Positions 49,286 to 49,330 of a DNA stretch of 49,330 bases are shown piece by piece. The stretch spans positions 6,719,150 through 6,768,479 of the forward strand of contig NC_068990.1 of NCBI RefSeq assembly GCF_001194135.2. The letters are read 5' to 3'. Under the pieces are notes generated by a model. That model worked only from the letters and a program-made list of their open reading frames with translations, did no database searches and was not told the DNA's origin. Each line of letters opens with the position of its first letter. Position 1 is the stretch's first letter. The stretch is from Octopus bimaculoides (lineage: Eukaryota). The position numbers were made by a program, and so were the translations under genes.

Positions 49286-49330
49286 GTGTGAATCCCTAAA
49301 ACTCGAGAACTACGCAACCAATTTCATTCA
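49176..49330 (+). mobile_element. 5' end of a non-autonomous Helitron/HINE-like element (runs off the window)
   Basis: A|TCTATATATATATAAAA start, then (GTCT)n and a unique core ...AAAACTCGAGAACTACGCAACCAATTT. This is the usual layout of DINE-1/Lep1-like rolling-circle elements. Confidence 0.6.

Overview
AT-rich, microsatellite-saturated animal genomic DNA with many N gaps, nearly all flanked by simple repeats. The repeat content resembles a coleoid cephalopod such as Octopus (inference, not verified). The only well-supported host coding sequence is a 120-nt phase 1-1 exon at 48086-48205 (+). It encodes the hormone-binding (HRM) domain of a class B1 (secretin-family) GPCR and most resembles PDF receptors. 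Candidate upstream exons (34709-34775, 42311-42337) are weak, so most of the window is probably intron or upstream sequence of this gene. The rest is transposon debris: a full-length DD34D mariner with TIRs and TA target duplication (10601-11884), a 214-bp internally deleted mariner, two inverted DD37D (maT-type) copies, a Penelope-like GIY-YIG fragment, RTE fragments, Gag/ORF1 relics, tRNA-derived SINEs, foldback elements, a Helitron-like 5' end and several minisatellites. The most interesting non-coding signals are minimal type-I hammerhead-ribozyme-like motifs (best at 41876-41925, sense to the GPCR) and a ~92%-identical 155-bp inverted repeat. I find no convincing wholly new biological system. 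The hammerhead repeats and the ORF1-without-RT relics are the best leads.
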